DNA from: the human T2T-CHM13v2.0 reference genome, Homo sapiens
Assembly (NCBI RefSeq): GCF_009914755.1
Contig: NC_060938.1
Direction: 5' to 3' (one strand)
DNA: 64,000 nucleotides
Shown here: one piece after another, positions 57,578 through 64,000 of the stretch
Layout: each line of letters starts with the position of its first letter
Position numbering within the stretch: the first letter of the stretch is position 1
Made by a program: the position numbers and the translations under genes
Notes under the pieces: model-generated
Told to the model about the DNA's origin: nothing
Seen by the model: the letters and a program-made list of their open reading frames with translations, nothing else
Database searches by the model: none

Positions 57578-59928
57578 TGAATTTTTTTTCTGTTGCTCTT
57601 CAAGTTAGATGGTTTAAGTAATGATGTTTGCCGGGAAGAGATTTGAGGACCTAACCGTGAGATAGTCCTGCCCTGTTCAGGTCTCCCGTGTTTCCTCATT
57701 AGACCTTCCAGCTTATTACTGGAAAAGCATTCTTTTCTCCATGTTTTAAACACCTATTGAGTATGAATGTTTTAAGTGCTTATTAAATACTGGTTCATAA
57801 CTCTTTGTAAGAGTTAGGGGAGAATCATCAATATCTGGAACAACACCATTCTTCATGATATTGGTTTTGAGAGCCACGTGGGCAGAGAAATAAATTCTAG
57901 AAAAAAAGAAATGGTAATCTGACATGCAGACTTGGATTATAAATATGGTCAAAGGTGTACTTAAAAACAAGATATTTTGCTTCTTGGTTAGCTTTACTGA
58001 GAATCCAGGGATCAAGTAAAATCATTGCCATTGGTACTGACGGTTGAGAGTCAGTGCGATGCTAAACCACAGGAACTCCTTACTTCTATGCATGATTAAA
58101 TCCAGTTGTCAGGTTTGGGCAGAAGAGAGCCCTCCTTTTCCTCAAGTCTATAGGGAGGTGCTGTGGGGGAGTTTTCTCATTTTCCAGAATATACAGAGCA
58201 AGGATCATCCATCATAATCAGACAGGGGTATTTCATATCATCCATTTCCAGTGAGAACTGTGGTAAAATTCTGTCCTTTTTCCCATTTTTGGCTGCTGTG
58301 ATTGAAACCCGTCTTATAAACAGAAAAGGGTAGTTTGAGTTATTTTAAAAAATAAGAATCCTTCAGTCTCTGTTGCCCATTTTCTCCTCTATGAATAATT
58401 TCTGCAGACAGGTGACCAGTTCAACCATCTCTCTCGGTTACAAATGCCTGTGGTTGGTCCACTTCCTTCAGCCTTGGAGTAAAATAAAGGCTTCTTTTGC
58501 AAGATCACGAAATAATTCAGCAAATACTGTGGGACTATAAGGTATTCCTGTGTTGTCACCTTTTCTTTTGAAGAATATAGAGAATATGCTTTTCTTCCTC
58601 TAATTCAAATACATAGATTCCTTATGCTTGTATAATGAAAGAATAAGGGCTCTGATACATACATATCATTGAACAACTATTATCAGTATTAGGCAATTTA
58701 GAAAACAAAAAATAAGACTTCAGAATTTATATCAGCTCCTTCAATACTTCATTTAGCTGGATCCATTTAAATATTTCATTTTTTAGCCTATGTTGTAGTA
58801 GATTGCTTGATTGGTCCAAGGTAGTCTCTAAATCCAATTAGAGAAAATGAAATTCAGGAAGCACATCACTGTAGATTTTGGTACAGTGACTTGAGTATAT
58901 AATTGCCATCTCTTTCTATGTTAGCTCAGGGGTGGGTTTTGTGCCATAAACCAACCATCCAACCACCAGTCTACCCACCTACCCACCCAACTAACCATCA
59001 TTTGGGCTATATCTATCTGCATATCATACATAATATCCTTGCAGGAATTAATCCAGCATCCATATGAGTGTAACTCATACCTAGGCTGATAACAAAATCT
59101 GAAAGGTTTTTCACTGAAATATATCAGGTGACTAAAGAATTTCACAACCCAAAAGAGGAGGGTATATCGATCCTAGTGGAATTCTATTTCATGGATTTTG
59201 TTCTGCCTTTATTGACACAGTTAGACATTAAAGAGAATAAGTATAATAACAAAATTTATAAGAAATGCTTATGGAATATTTTCTAATTTTAGCTACAATG
59301 ATGGGTTGTTTATATTCTGTGGTTTGATTTTTATATCAATCTTTATGCAGCTATTATCATTACCCAAACAAGTAGATATTATTGCCCCTTTAATAACAGT
59401 GAAGGAAACTGGAATGTAAGAATTGAGGTAACTGGCCCACACACCACAAAGCGAGGAAGTAGGAAGCTGGAATTCACATCCAGGTTTGTCTGTTAGAAGC
59501 CCATCCCCTTGACCTTTCTGCCATATTATCTTTCCTTATGCTGTGGCACAAAAAAAGAATTGTGACCATACCATCTTCCCAGAGAGGGATTAGACAAAGT
59601 CCAGAGAACGTCTAGATGGTCAGGAACTCTAGTCATGGCGATGCTAGTTACTATAAGAGGATACTTGGCAAACAGCATTGCACCCAGATGGTGCGCAACC
59701 CACACGTCTCTATTTACGTAGAGGTCTCAAGTGTTTGTATTAACAGGTTTGGAGGATAATAAAAGGAGTTGTTGTTTGTTCTTTCTTTGTACGTCTGAAA
59801 TTAATTTTTAGCATAAATTTAAAAGGGGAGTTTGTAAATTCACTAGACACTGAGAGACTGGAGATCCAAGCAAACATTTGTCTGTTGAGTTTAAAAAGAT
59901 CTGGTGTAAAAGTGATTGTTTTCTATTT

Positions 59929-59947
59929 TGCCCACTAGGTGGCGCTT
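59929..59947 (+). promoter_or_regulatory. Strong CTCF core motif
   Basis: TGC-CCACTAGGTGGCGC-TT, near-perfect consensus, followed by a GC box and C-tracts. Confidence 0.72.
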
Positions 59948-62725
59948 TGGTCTCACAGGTTCCTTTTAATGGGCTGGATTTCCCCGCCCCCCCACCTCCC
60001 CCCAACCCACCTCCCCCCAACCCCACCCCATACCTAGATGTTGGTCCAGGAAAAAAAAAAAAAAAAAACAATTCAAGACTGATTAAGAGGACTATGTCAG
60101 TTGAGTTTGTTCAGTTTGGGTTTTCTCTATCATTATCCATGTTGATAACAAAGATAATTAAACTTATTTGAAAATTTTGGACACTCCTTTTTCAACCTTC
60201 TTGCAATAAACTGTATTCACTTATTTTGGAAAAAAGCATCAATAAATGGAACTAGTGAGTTATCTTCTCAGCATGTCTCCACAGGCTACACTTACAACAG
60301 TCTTTCCTCCTACAGAGCGGGGCAAGTCATAGGAAGTGACTAAAACCATGTCATTTGGGTGTTCATATTAAGCACACTGGCTATGAGATCGCCCCGGAAT
60401 GTATACACAGCCCAACATGTCATTTTCTTAACACCTTAACATCAGTGTGGACAAAAACAATAAGGAACAATGTTTTAAACATGTTTACATCAAAGAGGAC
60501 TGGGGTCATAAGGAAGCAGTTCGATGGGAGAATAAATAACATTATTCCAAATTCAATAAAACTGATCAGTCATTCTACAAATGTACACTGATTTGACTCA
60601 TTCCATTACCATGCAAGAATTTTATTTGTTGACTGTTGTGAAGACATTCCTGTCATCAAGAAGGAATTTTCTAAAATTATAACCTGAGATAGTAGTAAGT
60701 GATAGAAAAATTCACTAAATGGCTTTTCCATGAAATAATATTTATTTATACCTACTTCTGAATACCTACTATGTGCTGAGCAGGTGCAGGGTGATGTGAA
60801 ACATATATTAAATCCCTTAAGGAGCCTACAGACAAAGATTAAGAGATGGCTGAAAGATAGTGTATCCAAGGTCACGTTGGCACAGATTACTGAAGTGAGT
60901 GGGGTGGCCTGGAAGAACATTAAGTGGACATTTAAGATGGAACAGCTAATAAGACAAAGGTAAAATGAGTCTAGAAGAATGACTAGACTGAGAAGAGAGG
61001 AAAGGAAAGAGGCAGAAATAGTAGAATGTAGAAAAGCTTTAGGCCCATGGTGATTATGGAGAATTGCAGAAGTCCAGTAATCTAGAGCATAATAATGCAT
61101 ATGTGGAAAGAGTGGGAAATTGGGGCCATAGGTAGAAGCCAGAATCAGGGACTTTGAGTACTAAATTGAGCATGATCTATTTTCTAGAAGGTATAGGAGA
61201 GACTTTGAAGAAGGCTGTCACTTGCTCCCCACGTAACCCTCTAAGAAGGCATGCCATTCACTTCCACTTTCCAGAAGACACAGGTGTGTTTCCCCAGAAG
61301 ACCATCTGGATCCAGAATCTGTGCAGACTGACCATCTATCATGGTCTTTCCTTGTGGGAATTTTAAGTCTTGACTTTCCTTCTGGAGCTTTCCATGCGAC
61401 CGAGGAAGTGATTATACAATAGCAGATGAGATCCTTGGTATAATTAAGGATTGCTTGTCACTTTCAACATTTCCCCCCATCAAACCGTGGACAGAGAGGC
61501 CTTGGAAGGGTTTAGTTCTGCTACCATACTCATTTAACCCTGCTAAGCATATTTTCTTCAGCATTTTGCAAGCAGAAATTTATAGTAATGTTTTTTGACA
61601 CTAACTCTGAGTCCTGCATTCTCTGCCTGACTTGCTGTATTTGAAGGTGGTAGCGAAACACATGGTGTATGTGTATGTATGAAGTAGGAGGCATGGTGGT
61701 ACAGATTTAGCTATGGGACTTTTCAGCTTTGCCTGTATGAAATTCATTTACTAAGTATATGTAAGTGAAATTCCAGCAATTCAGAAAGGGTTCTGGAATT
61801 GCTTAAAGCCCATCACTGCTTGTGAATTCTTCCCACATTAAAATGTTATCTTACAGAAGGTCAAAATGTCTTTCCTGCATGAATATAATAATGACTTACA
61901 CCTTAGACTGTAACCATTGTGAATTTATTCTATGTGTATCTATCTCTGGTTTTCTTTGTTGGAGTGGCAAGATTTAAAGCAGGCCAATTTTATGCCTCAT
62001 TCTATGTGCACCAAAACTACTTACATGATATTGGTTTTCAGTGCCTGCTACAACAAAAACAATATCCCAGTAACAGCCCACTTTACTTTCTGTGGGTAGA
62101 CAATGCCCTCACAGGGGTTATTAACTTCTCCCAGAGAAGCTTTTGTCTTTGCAATCCTGAATGCATTTCTCTTCATATTAGATTTTACCAGTCACCTTGT
62201 TGATTATGAAATGCTAAGTCAGGGTCTTTATTAGACTGACTTTGCTTTCCCTTTAATAATTCAGGTAATTATTATATTTACAGAATTTGCCTATTTTTTG
62301 AAATCAACACTTTGTTAATCACCAGACCCATGACAATCTATAAGTAGCCACTTTACGTGGCTTATAGATCTAAAGTGAATGTTGGTTTTCACACATTCAT
62401 TCATAACTATTATTTTTACTGATATATTAGGCAAAATATAAGATTCATTTATGAGTTTGTTCATCAGCTAGTTATAAAATTCCTGTTGCATGGTAAGTGC
62501 TGTCTGTATTGGGCAACAGAGATAAAATGGGAAACAAAACAAAAATCTTCCCTACTGTCATGGGGTTTACAACACCTGGACTTCTCAAAGGACACTGAAT
62601 CAAAGGTTCTTCTCTAAGACTTTGTATGAAGTCTTAGTCAGAATCAAAGATGGTTGGCACCATCATTCACTAAAGTGGCCTGAGAAGTAAAAAACCTCTG
62701 TATGGCAAGGAGCAGTGGGACCTCT

Positions 62726-63756
62726 CTTTTTTTAAACTTTTATTTTAGGTTCAGGGGTACATGTGCAGGTTTCTTACTTAGGTAAATTGCGTGTCACAGG
62801 GATTTGGCATACAGATTATTTTGTTAGCCAGATAATAAACATAGTACCCAATAGCTTTTCAATCCTCACCCTCCTCCCAACCTCCACCCTCAAGAAAGCC
62901 ATAGTTCCTGTCATTCCCTTCTTTGTATCTCTATGTACTCAATGCTTAGCTCCCATTTTTTAAGTGAGAACATGCAGTATTGGGTTTTCTTTTCTTGTGT
63001 TAGTTCACTTAGCATAATAGCCTCTAACTCCATTCATGTTGCTGCAGACATGATCTCATTCTTTTTATGGCTGCGTAGTATTCCATGGCATATATGTATC
63101 ACATTTTCTTTATCCAGTCTACTATTGATGGGCATTTAGGTTGATTCCATGTCTTTGCTATTGTGAATAGTGCTGCAATGAATGTATGTGTGCATGTGTC
63201 TTCATGGTAGAATAATTTATATTTCTTTCAGTATATATCCAATAATGGGATTGCTGGCTGGAATAGTAATTCTGTTTTAAGTTCTTTGAGAAACTGCCAC
63301 AACCATTGGTGGGGAGCTAGTGCAGTTGTTTGGAGGTAAGAAAATACTCTGGCTTGTTGAGTTTCCAGAGTTCTTGTGAAGGTTCTTTCTCATTTGTGTA
63401 GGTGGATGTTCCTTCAATCTTTGAAGTTGCTGTCCCTTGGATGGATTTTTGTTGCTTTCATCTTCTTTGATGCCCTTGGGGGCTTGATTGTGGTATAAGG
63501 TAGGTTCAGTCAACTCATTTAAGTTCGCTTTTCCAGGAGTCACTGGGGACCAGGAATGAGTCCTGGTGCATGGTAATCCCATGCAGAGTTCCCAGCCATC
63601 CCTCTGTCAGCCCAGCACCTGTGTCTTCCCACATCCACTGTCAATGCCTTCCCTCTGAGATTTGCTCAGAGTGCGCCTGTCTTCGCAATGTCCCCATCTC
63701 TTGGTGACAGATGTTCCTCTTGGCTGCATCTAGTCAGCCATCTTGAATCAATCTCT
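62726..63756 (-). mobile_element. Old primate L1 (L1PA13-16/L1PB-like) with both termini but large internal deletions
   Basis: 5' terminus caagatggctgactagatgcagcc (revcomp of ~63722-45). ORF1 start MRKNLHKNSGNSTSQSIFLPPN fused at ~63302 to the ORF2 end and 3'UTR. TSD GGACCTCT at 62718-25 and 63757-64. Confidence 0.85.
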
Positions 63757-64000
63757 GGACCTCTACTTAATATCCCTGAGAATCTCCTTCTCTGTTGTCA
63801 CCGGTGCACCAACTGCCAAAGACACCATTTTTGCAGTGTTTGGTGGGGGGTTTGTTTACCTCTACAATTGCGTAACTGAATGACCCTGAGCAAACGGTTT
63901 AACCTTTCTATAATTAACAGGATTTCTTCTTACATCCAAGCCCTCCCTGCTGCTCTGACCCAGCTGTGGGTGATAGATCATTTTCAATTCTGCAAACCAC

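Noticed and set aside
59808-60171. Pro-rich and Gly-rich overlapping ORFs
   Set aside because: Artefacts of the C-tract and A-tract array
60606-61100. 164-aa minus-strand hydrophobic ORF
   Set aside because: Overlaps purine-rich, L2-like decayed sequence with no domain signal

Overview
Primate (very probably human) genomic DNA from the middle of the alpha-neurexin gene NRXN3, + strand. Five main coding exons (5863-5982, 14648-15029, 15831-16021, 16794-16967, 36643-36762) splice in frame. They encode the C-terminal half of LNS4, all of LNS5 and EGF3. A 27-nt neural microexon at 21504-21530 (VALTKADLQ, neurexin splice site 6) is invisible in the ORF track. The other ~98% is AT-rich intron with 14 Alu-family elements (11 antisense, 3 sense, including one fossil Alu monomer), three clear L1 remnants, THE1 and MLT2 solo LTRs, hAT MITEs, MIR/L2 relics and microsatellites. 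I see no new prokaryote-style system. The most notable unexplained structure is: (1) an in-frame 72-aa read-through of the weak LNS5 donor ending just before a complete poly(A)-signal architecture, a candidate secreted NRXN3 ectodomain; (2) the regulatory grammar around the SS6 microexon; (3) a ~1-kb L1 that keeps both termini and a TSD but lacks two internal segments; (4) a local inverted duplication inside an L1; (5) three co-oriented CTCF motifs; (6) a perfect 17-bp hairpin. Repeat subfamily calls and old-repeat boundaries are by eye and approximate.
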